A stretch of DNA of 64,000 nucleotides from Bacteroidia bacterium (lineage in GTDB: Bacteria; Bacteroidota; Bacteroidia; NS11-12g; UBA9320): NCBI GenBank assembly GCA_965216465.1, contig CBDCFW010000005.1, positions 608,001-672,000 of the forward strand, read 5' to 3'. A program made the translations under genes and the position numbers. This document shows, piece after piece, positions 48,845 through 58,992 of the stretch. The notes beneath the pieces are model-generated. The model did no database searches and was not told where the DNA came from. It saw only the letters and a list, made by a program, of their open reading frames with translations. Within the stretch, counting starts at the first letter, position 1; every line of letters starts with the position of its first letter.

Positions 48845-49312
48845 CTACTCATGCAATTTGATTAATGATTTGCTACCGTGCAGATAAGTACATGGATCTA
48901 CAGAAGTGCTATTTTTTAAAGGACTAATCAAGAATCCCATTAGGCTTCCTAAAAAAGCCAAGATTAATATAGCCAATGACTCCTTCAGAAGTGGATCCCA
49001 CAAATGAGGAAGCCACTCCGATGCAATGTGCTCAATGTAGTCATAGAAAAATGCCAAAACAATAGTCAACAGTGAAAAAAGGCTGACAAGCAATGCTGAT
49101 GCCTTCTTCTTTTTTCTAAGCTTATTGAGGAAAGAATAATAAAATAGTACAGAACATACTACTGCGACTAGACTGTTTACACCAAGAAAGAAAAACATGG
49201 CCTGTAAGGCATTGCTTAGTGCTGAACCTTGATCAGCAAAAGCAAATTGAGGAAATAAAATAACAATCAGCATAAACAGGCTTGGTATACATATTTTATA
49301 AACAGTGCTCAT
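48845..49312 (-). CDS. Hypothetical membrane protein
   Basis: Signal-like N-terminus plus three hydrophobic segments. Confidence 0.55.
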   Translation of the reverse strand: MSTVYKICIPSLFMLIVILFPQFAFADQGSALSNALQAMFFFLGVNSLVAVVCSVLFYYSFLNKLRKKKKASALLVSLFSLLTIVLAFFYDYIEHIASEWLPHLWDPLLKESLAILILAFLGSLMGFLISPLKNSTSVDPCTYLHGSKSLIKLHE

Positions 49313-49468
49313 ATTTCAGCGGCAAGATTTTTTCAAAATATTTGAAAACCATACCAAATCTACGAATTAAACCGTGTTCTCCTTAAACATCAGCCTGAAG
49401 TAATATTGCTTTCAATTTTAGAAATGACATGCAATTTCAATCCAAACCCCTAATATTTGCATACCGCC

Positions 49469-50905
49469 ATGAGCGAAGCCAACGAAATACAGACACCTGA
49501 ACAGCCAAAACAAAAGCGTCCAAAAAAAATATGGAAGGCTTTAGGCGATGCAATTCGCGGCACTTCAGAAGACTACACCAAAATTAGTTTAAAGCGAGCA
49601 ATCTTTTTATTAGCCGTCCCTATGATTTTGGAGCTTGTAATGGAATCTACGTTTGCTGTTGTTGACATCTACTTTGTTGGTCAACTAGGACCTTCTGCGG
49701 TAGCAACAGTGGGACTAACAGAAACTTATCTCTACATTTTGTATTCTATAGCCATGGGACTGTCAATGGGAGTTACAGCTATTGTTGCACGCAGAATTGG
49801 GGAGAAAGAAAAACAAAAAGCAACTAAGACTGCAGCTCAAGCTATTCTCCTTTCCATCCTCGTATCACTACCGTTTGCAATTGGAGGAATTTTCTTCTCC
49901 AAAGAGCTATTGGCTCTCATGGGTGGAGATCAATGGAGCATTGACCACGGCTACAAATACACCCAATGGATGTTAGGAGGCAATGGAATTATTGTTCTGC
50001 TTTTTGTAATCAATGCAATCTTTCGGGGTGCCGGAGATGCGGCAATTGCGATGCGGGTACTCTGGATTGCAAACGGCTTTAATCTTTTGCTTGACCCATT
50101 GTTAATTTTCGGATGGGGACCTGTTCCTGCCTTTGGTATTGAAGGTGCGGCTATGGCTACTAATATTGGGCGAGGAATTGGCGTCGTTTCACAACTTTGG
50201 ATTCTGGCAAAAGGCGGAAAACACATTCAACTGAAGTTGTCACAACTGAAATTTCATGGTAAGATTCTGCTCAACATTATTAAAACTTCGCTAGGAGGAA
50301 TTGGTCAAATGATTATTGCCATGACTTCTTGGATCTTCCTCATGCGAATACTTTCAGATATTGGAAGTGAGGCTGTTGCAGGAGCAACGATCACATTGAG
50401 ACTGATGATGTTCACTTTGATGCCTGCTTGGGGTCTATCGAATGCCGCAGCTACGTTAGTAGGTCAGAATTTGGGTGCAGGAATGCCTGATAGAGCTGAG
50501 CAATCCGTTTGGAAAATTGGGTTCTACAATATGGTCTTTTTAGTTGCAGTGTCGTTCATTTACTACTTCTTCAATGAAGACCTCGTAGGCATGTTTACTG
50601 AAGATCAAAGAGTGATTCAAATTGGAGGCGAATGGATGCAGATATTGGCGTATTCGTACTTCATTTATGGTTGGTGGATGGTATCGGTGCAAGCCTTTAA
50701 TGGTGCAGGAGATACCCGAACACCTACATGGATAAACGTGATCTTCTTTTGGATGATTCAAATTCCAGTGGCCTACTACCTAGCAATTAATCAAGGATGG
50801 GAGCATTCAGGTGTTTTCTGGGCAGTATTTATTTCAGAAACGCTGGTAGGATTATTTACGCTTTGGATGTTCAGCAGAGGCGGATGGAAGAAGGTTGAGG
50901 TGTAA
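49469..50905 (+). CDS. MATE-family efflux transporter
   Basis: LAVPMILE...VDIYFVGQLG, FRGAGDA, LDPLLIFG, TLVGQNLGA and FNGAGDT, with about 12 TM segments. Confidence 0.95.
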   Translation: MSEANEIQTPEQPKQKRPKKIWKALGDAIRGTSEDYTKISLKRAIFLLAVPMILELVMESTFAVVDIYFVGQLGPSAVATVGLTETYLYILYSIAMGLSMGVTAIVARRIGEKEKQKATKTAAQAILLSILVSLPFAIGGIFFSKELLALMGGDQWSIDHGYKYTQWMLGGNGIIVLLFVINAIFRGAGDAAIAMRVLWIANGFNLLLDPLLIFGWGPVPAFGIEGAAMATNIGRGIGVVSQLWILAKGGKHIQLKLSQLKFHGKILLNIIKTSLGGIGQMIIAMTSWIFLMRILSDIGSEAVAGATITLRLMMFTLMPAWGLSNAAATLVGQNLGAGMPDRAEQSVWKIGFYNMVFLVAVSFIYYFFNEDLVGMFTEDQRVIQIGGEWMQILAYSYFIYGWWMVSVQAFNGAGDTRTPTWINVIFFWMIQIPVAYYLAINQGWEHSGVFWAVFISETLVGLFTLWMFSRGGWKKVEV

Positions 50906-50965
50906 GAATTATAATATTAAAAAGGGCCATACCAATCTACAGAATAAAGAGCTCCACTAACAAGT

Positions 50966-52270
50966 CTAACTAATTGATAATAAGGTCGATTGTATGGATT
51001 TAGTTTTATTTAGATCTACGCCTACTTGCCTAGCATATTTTAACCAGTTGGAAACAGCTTCATTCACCTCAGTTATAATCTCTGTAGGTCTTTTAACATT
51101 AACCAGTTCTGCCACAGCTAAAAAATCGTTCATTTCAAAGTCTTTTCTTTTTCCATTTATACTTAATGCGTGTTGACTTACCCACTTACTTCCTGGGCGA
51201 TATGCATGGCAAATATCGTAGGCTGGGGCTAGCTCCCATCGTCCTCCTTGCTTCAAAATGAATGAAAAGTTCTTTGTGTGATCATCACAATTGCGGCTCA
51301 AAACATTGAAAACCATTCTTCGAAACATCTGTTCTGCTTCGGCATAACTTAGTCTTAGTTCTCGCATGGTTTGAAAGAGCTGTTCGTAACTAAAACTCGT
51401 TACCTCATTAAAATCAAAATGCTTTAAGGCACAAAAGGTTTGAACATGATGCTTGACATTATCTTCGTAACGGTCAAATCGTTTGGTCATAAAGTGTGCT
51501 CTTCCATTCTCTTCGAGCAATTCGCAGTCTGACATGTGAATACCTGCAGCTTGGGCCATGTGATAATAAGCCATTTCAACACGGCCATATCCATTCGTGT
51601 CACCAAGTTGAACATCGCTTACTCCATCTAACTTAATTAGCCAATGTTCAAAGCCCTTAGGAACATTCGACTGTCCGGACCTTACTTCACCGGTTTTCTT
51701 GTTATAGGCAATAACCGCCTTGGGTCGAGCACCCCCAGCTGACGTTCCAATTGTAATAATCTCTTTTATAGCTGCAGCTTCTTCCTCTATGTTGATATTA
51801 AACTCTTCACGTTGATTGAGCATTTGGCTAGCTATCTGAACTAAGCCGTCGAGTTCGACTTGAAATGTTCTTTTTCTTTGGTTGATCAGAACAGGGTCAA
51901 ATTCAAGGGCTCCCATAGCCCTTGACCCTATAAAACAAAGTTTTTCTATTGGATTTACAGAGTCTGAACTTCTGCCTATTTGAGCAAGCCAAACATCAAT
52001 TAGTTGATTTCCATACTTGTCAGGCAATGCATCAGCAAGAAGTCCAGGCAAGCCCTTAAATGTGTCATATTCACTGTTTCGATCTGCTCTAAGTTCGGGA
52101 AATGAAAAGATCTTTTGTCCGCCATCGATGGGCATCTTAATCGGAGAAAGATCCCATCCCCTAGCCAAAAATTTTTCGTCATATTCAAATGTGCCTACAT
52201 GCCGTTCCTCATCCCAAGCGACAGCACCTACCACAACTCCCCATATTTTAACAAATGCAGAAGTTACCAT
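50966..52270 (-). CDS. hipA: HipA-family kinase toxin (with N-terminal couple_hipA domain)
   Basis: LSP, DALPDKYG, MGALEF, GTSAGGARPKA P-loop, RFDR, RNCDDHTKNFS and LAPAYD. Confidence 0.93.
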   Translation of the reverse strand: MVTSAFVKIWGVVVGAVAWDEERHVGTFEYDEKFLARGWDLSPIKMPIDGGQKIFSFPELRADRNSEYDTFKGLPGLLADALPDKYGNQLIDVWLAQIGRSSDSVNPIEKLCFIGSRAMGALEFDPVLINQRKRTFQVELDGLVQIASQMLNQREEFNINIEEEAAAIKEIITIGTSAGGARPKAVIAYNKKTGEVRSGQSNVPKGFEHWLIKLDGVSDVQLGDTNGYGRVEMAYYHMAQAAGIHMSDCELLEENGRAHFMTKRFDRYEDNVKHHVQTFCALKHFDFNEVTSFSYEQLFQTMRELRLSYAEAEQMFRRMVFNVLSRNCDDHTKNFSFILKQGGRWELAPAYDICHAYRPGSKWVSQHALSINGKRKDFEMNDFLAVAELVNVKRPTEIITEVNEAVSNWLKYARQVGVDLNKTKSIQSTLLSIS

Positions 52271-52620
52271 TCCCAATCATTACTCTTTTCGCTGCTTGAC
52301 TTTTTGCGCGAACTAGCACGCTTTCGCTGGTCTCGTTCTAACTTGGCTATTGCAATTGGACTCACTTGCTTTTTAATTTCAAATGGCTCCAGTACGTGAA
52401 AAAGATCCAACACCCTCAATACTTGCAATAAGCTAGTGAGTGCTACGGTCTCTCCTCTTTCAAGTAAACTTAAGGTTGATCGACTTATATTGGCTCTTTT
52501 GGCAACCTCGCTTTGCGACAAATTCTTTTTCAACCTGCTATCTTGAACAAAACTTCCTATAGCTTCGACAATGGCACTATCACTCATCGAATACCATTTT
52601 TTGTATGACTTTTCATTCAT
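52264..52620 (-). CDS. XRE/HTH antitoxin (HipB-like)
   Basis: RLKKNLSQSEVAKRANISRSTLSLLERGE. Overlaps the hipA start. Confidence 0.85.
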   Translation of the reverse strand: MNEKSYKKWYSMSDSAIVEAIGSFVQDSRLKKNLSQSEVAKRANISRSTLSLLERGETVALTSLLQVLRVLDLFHVLEPFEIKKQVSPIAIAKLERDQRKRASSRKKSSSEKSNDWEW

Positions 52621-52816
52621 TATAGTAATATTTTAAAGTTAATGCATTACTTACCATACGAATATACAATTTTATTATTAAATAACACATATAATGACTG
52701 ACTTCTCATTCGTAATTACTACTTTTTATATTTTTTAAATGATTTTTCATACATTTATTAATTTATAACTTATTATAATCTAAGAGAAATCAGCTCAACC
52801 TATATTTGAAACATAA

Positions 52817-53566
52817 ATGCTAAGAACTGTAATTGTCATATCACTATGCTTACTCCTTTCCTGCAACGCACCTATAACTTCGAGGCATTACAAACTGAAT
52901 AACTACAGTTGGAATGATTTAAAACGCTACCAACTTAGGGGCCCTGTAAAAAGCTTTAAAGAAACACATTACAGTGTATTTCTTGGCGACACAACTGTTG
53001 CATATAACCCTCACTTCTACAATTTTGACAAAAATGGTTTAAGGCTAAACTATTTCGTGTTTTACGACAGCACTCCTACGCTCCACACACAATTTAAACA
53101 TGTAATTAAAGATGGTTTGCTCTTAAAATCTTATCAGGTAGATGACTGCAATTCTAACTTCCAATATCGCTATTCGAACAACAGGTTAGACAGCTTGTTT
53201 TTCTATATAGCAGATGACGACACCAGTGCATTGGTTGAATGTTCCATTTACGCGTACGATAGTGATTCAAGAATCACCGAAATCAAGCAAATATCAGACA
53301 CAAACCTAACCTTTGTTCATTTTGTTAGAGACTCTTTAGACCGGTTGGTACGTGAGGAATGGCGTGGACACAACCCATCTAATCGTGGGTTTAATGAATA
53401 TGGCGATATGATTTATTATGCAAGAACATTTGATAATGGCCTGTACGATTCAACCCAATACATTTTCACCTACGACAGTGTTGGCAATTGGGTTTCTAAG
53501 CGTTCATTGCGCCTAGGTCAGCAAGAATCCTCCTTTTGGACCATTCGTGAATTTGTGTACTGGTAA
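52817..53566 (+). CDS. Lipoprotein with YD/RHS-like repeats
   Basis: Lipobox LLSC, LRGPVKS, and YDSDSR / YDSVGNW repeats. Confidence 0.65.
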   Translation: MLRTVIVISLCLLLSCNAPITSRHYKLNNYSWNDLKRYQLRGPVKSFKETHYSVFLGDTTVAYNPHFYNFDKNGLRLNYFVFYDSTPTLHTQFKHVIKDGLLLKSYQVDDCNSNFQYRYSNNRLDSLFFYIADDDTSALVECSIYAYDSDSRITEIKQISDTNLTFVHFVRDSLDRLVREEWRGHNPSNRGFNEYGDMIYYARTFDNGLYDSTQYIFTYDSVGNWVSKRSLRLGQQESSFWTIREFVYW

Positions 53567-53626
53567 GACGCCTTTTAAAATTCTCGAATTGCTGCAATTA
53601 GTATCCACATCCGGTGGGCACTTTAT

Positions 53627-54577
53627 CTAAACACTCACAACCACCTTCCCCTTCGTTCTCATATTTTCAATGTAGGAAATTGCATCGGGCAAATCTTCAA
53701 AAGGATATGTCTTCTCTATAAAGGGTTTGATTTGTCCTTCTTGCGTCCAACTTGCAAGTTTTTGAAGATCTTTAACCTTACATTTTTGAGTGAATGATTT
53801 GATATCAAACTTCGATAAGCTACCTCTTATCATGGTGGTCATCATATTCGACATGGTGGTAAATCCAATTAAAATACCTCTTCCCTTTGGAGCTAGCAAT
53901 CGTTTAAAGTCTTTGAAGTTCATATTGCCATGGGTGTCAAGAATTAAGTCATATTGACCGTTGTGTTCATGAATAGACTCCTGCTGGTAATTGATTACAT
54001 GGTCTGCACCTAGCGATCGAGCAAAATCAACTTTACCGCCACTGCATACTGCAGTTACATCTGCTCCCATGGCTTTGGCAATTTGAACAGCAAAATGGCC
54101 TACTCCCCCTGTCGATCCGTTAACAAGTACGTGTTCTCCCACTTGAAGTTTGCCGTTTTCCTCCAAACCTTGAAGTGCAGTCATAGCTGCTATACCTAAA
54201 CAAGCTGCATCTTCATAACTGACATTTTCTGGAATACGAGCGATGTTCTCAACTGACACGGCATGTTGTTCAGCAAAGCTTCCTTGAAATGATTCTCCAA
54301 AAACACGATCACCAACTTTATATTGAGCTACTTCACTTCCTACTTCTAGAACTTCACCTGAAAAGTCAGCTCCTAAGATAGGATTCTTTGGACGCATCAG
54401 TCCTGTACTAAACCGTACAAAAAAGGGTGAAGCACGCATTACATGCCAATCAGCCGGGTTAACTGAAACAGCTTTGACTTCAATTAAAACTTCATTCGGT
54501 TTAATTGTTGGTTGAGGCCAATCTACCAACTCAAAATTTGTTGAACTTCCATAACTTTTGAGGATGTGTGCTTTCAT
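53627..54577 (-). CDS. Zinc-independent MDR-family NAD(P)-dependent oxidoreductase
   Basis: AVSVNPADW, LGADFSGEV, VLVNGSTGGVGHFAVQIAK, LGADHVINY and GKVVV. Confidence 0.92.
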   Translation of the reverse strand: MKAHILKSYGSSTNFELVDWPQPTIKPNEVLIEVKAVSVNPADWHVMRASPFFVRFSTGLMRPKNPILGADFSGEVLEVGSEVAQYKVGDRVFGESFQGSFAEQHAVSVENIARIPENVSYEDAACLGIAAMTALQGLEENGKLQVGEHVLVNGSTGGVGHFAVQIAKAMGADVTAVCSGGKVDFARSLGADHVINYQQESIHEHNGQYDLILDTHGNMNFKDFKRLLAPKGRGILIGFTTMSNMMTTMIRGSLSKFDIKSFTQKCKVKDLQKLASWTQEGQIKPFIEKTYPFEDLPDAISYIENMRTKGKVVVSV

Positions 54578-54781
54578 TGGGTGAAAGATCAAGTGTGATC
54601 AAGTGTGGAACAAATCTTATTGACCAACTCTTTTACCAACTCGATAGAACTTCCACCTAATTTATTTGTACTTGCAACCAACTTCAATGACAACTGAACT
54701 TTCTATAAGAATTGGAGGAAGTGGTTCACTTGGTAGCCTTTCTATGTTGCTTAATTTCCCTATACTATATATTATTGCTCT

Positions 54782-55360
54782 ATGAAAATCTTTAGACCCC
54801 TATTACGTATTTCCCTTATTCTACTATTCTTAGTTGCTGTTACTGCATTTCAATCAAATGAAGAATATATTGAAGGAATTTACCCTACCCATCTATCCTA
54901 TAAAAATAAAAAAGTTAAAGATGTGGGTACGTCACTTTATTCAGGAAAGAAGCAGGTTGGATTTAAGCTCAATGGCAAAAAAACCAAGTATACGGCTTCT
55001 GATATATGGGGTTATGCATATGAAGGTGAGGACTATCGATTCATGGAGGATAAATTGAGCTATGTGATTCTAATTCCTGCTGAGAATGAGAGGCAAATTG
55101 CTTGGTACTTGTGGTGGAGCAACAATATCCATCGCAATGATTCTGGGGATGTTACTGGAATTACTGTCAATGGTGGGCAGTGGAAGGGTTATTTATCAAG
55201 AGGATCAGATGGTCAAGGCGTCACTTTCAACTCTAAAAATTTAATTAGCTTAATGAAGGACCGCCCAAAAATTGTCGCCGCTTACAAGAAAGACAAGGAA
55301 CATTATTATGTAAAAACCTTAAAGTACGTGACACTCTATAACGAAAGTTTTAAAGACTAA
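54782..55360 (+). CDS. Hypothetical secreted protein
   Basis: 192-aa ORF with a signal peptide. Confidence 0.6.
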   Translation: MKIFRPLLRISLILLFLVAVTAFQSNEEYIEGIYPTHLSYKNKKVKDVGTSLYSGKKQVGFKLNGKKTKYTASDIWGYAYEGEDYRFMEDKLSYVILIPAENERQIAWYLWWSNNIHRNDSGDVTGITVNGGQWKGYLSRGSDGQGVTFNSKNLISLMKDRPKIVAAYKKDKEHYYVKTLKYVTLYNESFKD

Positions 55361-55365
55361 TCAGC

Positions 55366-55548
55366 TCAAACCCCAGCAAACTCCTCAATACTAACTTGTG
55401 GCTTACCTAGATGACCCCAAGTTTTCTTTGAAACTTGCTCTTCCTTTTGCTGCTCAACATAGGATAGCATATGCTCCATATAGTCTTCATACTCTATGCT
55501 CGGCAAACCAATGTGTCTGACTGTTTCATACTATTGTTCTTCAAATTT
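55366..55548 (-). pseudogene. Possible 3' gene fragment of unknown origin
   Basis: Protein-like reading KFEEQ*YETVRHIGLPSIEYEDYMEHMLSYVEQQKEEQVSKKTWGHLGKPQVSIEEFAGV*, with no 5' part. Confidence 0.25.
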
Positions 55549-56097
55549 CTAAAATAAGTATGTTATTGTGATGCTAGTCCAACTATTACTTAATCTATTC
55601 CACTTCGAACTGTTTGAGATATTTCTAAACCCAGCATTATATGCTGCACCTAACTGAATATTATTGGTTATTTGATATCCGACAGCTACAGGAACTCCAT
55701 AGTCGTCGTTCTTCAACTCTTCTTTGTCTAGATTTTCTCCCTCTGCAACCAATAAAATATCGGCAAATATGCCCGTCGCTACACTTAATTTTTCGTTGAC
55801 TTTATACTTTATCATAATTGGCATATTTAGATAGCCAAGTTCAATTTCTGACACATTCTCATTTCGCTCTTCTCCACGTTGAGAGTACAAGAAGTTAGAC
55901 TGCAACGAGTACTTGTCTGAGAATTTCCAATCCCAATAGAGTCCTCCTGTAAAGCCTGTTAATCTACTACCATTGTATTGTGAAATTGACGAAGAACTAA
56001 CCCCTGCCATAATTCCAAAGACATTCTGTTTTGCTTCTACCTGTGCAAATACTTGGGATGAAACAAGCATGATAAATATGATAACTGTTTTTTTCAC
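55549..56097 (-). CDS. PorT-like/OmpA-fold outer-membrane beta-barrel protein
   Basis: GTG start, signal peptide, FGIMAG, LYSQRG, YLNMPIMIKY, YNAG and C-terminal TYLF. Confidence 0.85.
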   Translation of the reverse strand: MKKTVIIFIMLVSSQVFAQVEAKQNVFGIMAGVSSSSISQYNGSRLTGFTGGLYWDWKFSDKYSLQSNFLYSQRGEERNENVSEIELGYLNMPIMIKYKVNEKLSVATGIFADILLVAEGENLDKEELKNDDYGVPVAVGYQITNNIQLGAAYNAGFRNISNSSKWNRLSNSWTSITITYLF

Positions 56098-56331
56098 TCT
56101 CTGATGCTTAAAAAATCACCTTTGGATGTACTCAGTTTGGTCATATACGAAAACAACAAAACACAGTTTTCCTCAGAGAGCTTATATTTAGATTTAAGTT
56201 GTTGTCGGATCGAACTCATATAAAACCCAAAGATAAGTCAAGACTTTTAGTGTTTCTTTTGTTTTAAGGGAGTACAAAAGCATCAACTCTATAATTGATA
56301 AGCTTGTTGAGCGGCTGTAAAGTAATAGATT

Positions 56332-56742
56332 TTAAGAACGAATATTCACTGCCTTAAGTCCTTTCTCAGACTTTTCAACGTCGAACTCAACTTTTTGACC
56401 TTTTTCTACCGGACTTTTCGCATCCGAAATGTGAAAATATAAGTCTCCCAACTTTCCACTTGCCTTAATAAACCCGAACCCTTTTTCTTGATCTAAGAAT
56501 TTAACATAGCCTTTGTAAACTCGGCCTTCAGATTTTTTGGTGTTACTGAGTTCGATCAATTGATCTGCATCGGCTTCTATCGTTTCTGGTTTGGTTTCAG
56601 TGAAATTTCCGTACGCATCAACATACATAATTACTTCTGATTGTTTACCCTCTGCACGACGTTCTGCCTTGCGTTGTTCTTTTTCTTTCTTTTTTTGAGC
56701 TTTTTTCTTTTCTCGCTCCTTTTTGCTAAAACTATCTGCCAT
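56332..56742 (-). CDS. Cold-shock domain protein with N-terminal Lys/Glu-rich extension
   Basis: MADSFSKKEREKKK...YVDAYGN, then RNP1 KGFGFI, RNP2 LYFHIS and GLKAVNI. Confidence 0.9.
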   Translation of the reverse strand: MADSFSKKEREKKKAQKKKEKEQRKAERRAEGKQSEVIMYVDAYGNFTETKPETIEADADQLIELSNTKKSEGRVYKGYVKFLDQEKGFGFIKASGKLGDLYFHISDAKSPVEKGQKVEFDVEKSEKGLKAVNIRS

Positions 56743-56752
56743 ATAACAATAT

Positions 56753-56780
56753 GACATGGCCAACAGATGTTGACCATGCC
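56753..56780 (-). terminator. Strong hairpin between the two csp genes (terminator or mRNA-stabilising stem)
   Basis: Minus strand GGCATGGTCAACA-TC-TGTTGGCCATGTC, with only a weak U-tract. Confidence 0.5.
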
Positions 56781-56789
56781 AAAATTTAA

Positions 56790-56981
56790 TTAAATCTTCT
56801 TTACGTTCGTAGCGTTTGGGCCTTTCTTTCCTTCTTCCACCTCAAACTCCACGCGATCGTTCTCATAAACATCTTGAGTAAGACCACTTTGATGAACGAA
56901 GATGTCTTTACCTCCATTATCAGGTTTAATAAATCCAAACCCTTTGGTCTGGTCAAAAAATTTAACAGTTCCTATTTCCAT
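56790..56981 (-). CDS. Cold-shock protein (CspA family), 63 aa
   Basis: GTVKFF..TKGFGFI...DIFVHQS...GKKGPNATNV. Start ATG 56981. Confidence 0.95.
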   Translation of the reverse strand: MEIGTVKFFDQTKGFGFIKPDNGGKDIFVHQSGLTQDVYENDRVEFEVEEGKKGPNATNVKKI

Positions 56982-56999
56982 TAATTGAATAAAATTATA

Positions 57000-57153
57000 T
57001 TGTCTTAAATCGGTAAGACAAAGTGTGTAATAAAAGTTATGGATCCGATCACCCCATTCGGAAATCATTCTAGACCCTGAATTCCCATTCTTGAATTCAG
57101 TAGAATTGTTTCCCTTTAGCTAAAATTTAGGATTGAACATCCGAGGTGACGGA
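57000..57153 (-). ncRNA. Candidate structured 5' leader of the csp gene
   Basis: Stems on the plus-strand reading: TTGTCTTA/TAAGACAA (57000-57021), CTGAATTC/GAATTCAG extended by GGAAATCATTCTA/TAGAATTGTTTCC (57060-57113), and closing TCCG-TCACC/GGTGA-CGGA (57044-57153). Confidence 0.45.
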
Positions 57154-57460
57154 GGACAACAGAATGAATTCCTGCTAAACGTGAACAATAATAGCAATAT
57201 TAATCCATCTCTCTAGGTTTGACCGAAAAGAAATGGTCTTAAGTGTGCCGATGCTACTTCGATTTTATTCAAAGTAAAGGTTACAAGGGGCTAAGTAAGT
57301 AGGATAAAGCGACGCTTATTAACTGATTGTGTGCTAAAAATCTCCTTTATAATAATTATTGTGATCACTTTTTTACGAATCGTTAATCTCCCTATTATTT
57401 ATAAGGTATTTGATTGCTTTAGACCAAATTCTTTTAATTTGATTCATATACATTTGAAAC

Positions 57461-57961
57461 ATGGACATACTGAAATTTGCAACCGACTGGGCTAAAGCTG
57501 AGGTCTTTTCTTCTAAATTTTTCATTTTGGCTGGAGTTTTATTTCTATTAGCATCAGCCGGATTCTGGCAACTGGGCAAGACAGAGTTCGCCAAGGCCTA
57601 TATCGTACCCACCTTGGTAGCCGGAATACTAATTTTAGCTGTAGGTACAGGCATATTTTATGCCAATAAAACAAGAGTAACCAGTTTTGTTGAGGCCTAC
57701 AATAAAGATTCTGTAGAGTTTGTTAAATCTGAAATAGAAAGAACAGAAAAATCATTAAACGAGTATCGAACCATTGTGTTTAAGGTAATTCCGTTCATTA
57801 TCTTAATAGCCTCAATGCTCATAGTTTTATTGAACCAACCTGGATGGAGGGCCGCATGTATCACCATCATTGCGATGATGATTGTGATTATGCTCGTTGA
57901 CAGTAATGCAAATGCAAGGTTGCAAGAATACCGAGCCCAACTCGACCAAGTCATCGAATAA
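57461..57961 (+). CDS. Hypothetical four-TM membrane protein
   Basis: 166 aa with two pairs of hydrophobic helices. Confidence 0.75.
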   Translation: MDILKFATDWAKAEVFSSKFFILAGVLFLLASAGFWQLGKTEFAKAYIVPTLVAGILILAVGTGIFYANKTRVTSFVEAYNKDSVEFVKSEIERTEKSLNEYRTIVFKVIPFIILIASMLIVLLNQPGWRAACITIIAMMIVIMLVDSNANARLQEYRAQLDQVIE

Positions 57962-58001
57962 CTAAACATAACTTTTAAAACGTTATGCCGTTATACATAA
58001 G

Positions 58002-58925
58002 ATGAGGCTGATTGCATCTATCTTATTACTTATCTCTTATACCCTTGCTCAATCGCAGCAAGTTGATTCATTATATTGGAATGGAGAAAAGCACTATACT
58101 ACAAACAGTATCAACGACTTAAGGTCGGTTATCACAAACCAAACAAATCTTCCTGAAGGCAAATGGATTCTGTTAAACCGAGACAGCGTACCCTTGTATA
58201 AATGGAATGTAAAAGATGGAAATGTTCACGGGTATTTTTACGAATACTCCGGAACCAAGGTTTGCAACACCGGTCAGTATTCAAATGATTCTTTATGGAG
58301 CTTTCTAGGTCCTAAACGAACGGAAGATTTTAAGATTGGCAAATGGACAGAGTGCCTATCAACCTTTGATTCTAACGGAGTAAGATCTGGTGCAGAAGTT
58401 TATTATGACAAGTGGTATACCTGCTATGTTTCTGACCGAGTAACATTGTTAATTGATAGCATCGAAGGTCGCGGAACAATAGAGTCAAAGTTTCTTGGGC
58501 CGTTTGGAGCTCCTTCCGAAATTTATCAAGCCGCCGATACACTTAACACGCTCCTTCAACTCGATGAACAAATCCACTTGATGCAGTGTGCAGACAACGC
58601 TCTGAAATTTTATCTATTTAATGACATTCTTAAACAAAATGAGTACGAAGCCAAAAAGCTATTGTTGGCACATGCAAACGATTCAAGCTTAGTCTCTTTA
58701 CATCAAACCTGTGTGATGTACAACTCTAAACTCAACGCTATTCTCTTTGAGCGATATGCATACTTCATTCATAGAAAGTATGCCTTGGGTGGGAACATCA
58801 TTTTGGCTGGCGAACTCTATCCATTTCCAGAGAAAAATAAGAAGGTTTGGAAACAAAAAAGAAAAGAGTTAATTGAGCTTGCTAAAACCAACAAAATAGA
58901 TACTTCAAGCTTGGATTTCCTGTAA
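58002..58925 (+). CDS. Hypothetical secreted protein
   Basis: Signal peptide and a MORN-variant-like segment (EGKW...KDGNVHGYFYEY). Confidence 0.6.
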   Translation: MRLIASILLLISYTLAQSQQVDSLYWNGEKHYTTNSINDLRSVITNQTNLPEGKWILLNRDSVPLYKWNVKDGNVHGYFYEYSGTKVCNTGQYSNDSLWSFLGPKRTEDFKIGKWTECLSTFDSNGVRSGAEVYYDKWYTCYVSDRVTLLIDSIEGRGTIESKFLGPFGAPSEIYQAADTLNTLLQLDEQIHLMQCADNALKFYLFNDILKQNEYEAKKLLLAHANDSSLVSLHQTCVMYNSKLNAILFERYAYFIHRKYALGGNIILAGELYPFPEKNKKVWKQKRKELIELAKTNKIDTSSLDFL

Positions 58926-58992
58926 GTAGAGTATTTGAAGGGTCCCTAATTTTTCGATTGTCGAACGAATCTAAAAAATTTGTCCAAAAGCA

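Noticed and set aside
55531-55551. Stop-codon reassignment suggested by two in-frame TAGs
   Set aside because: Many genes here end at TAG exactly after their expected C-terminal motifs, so the standard code fits.
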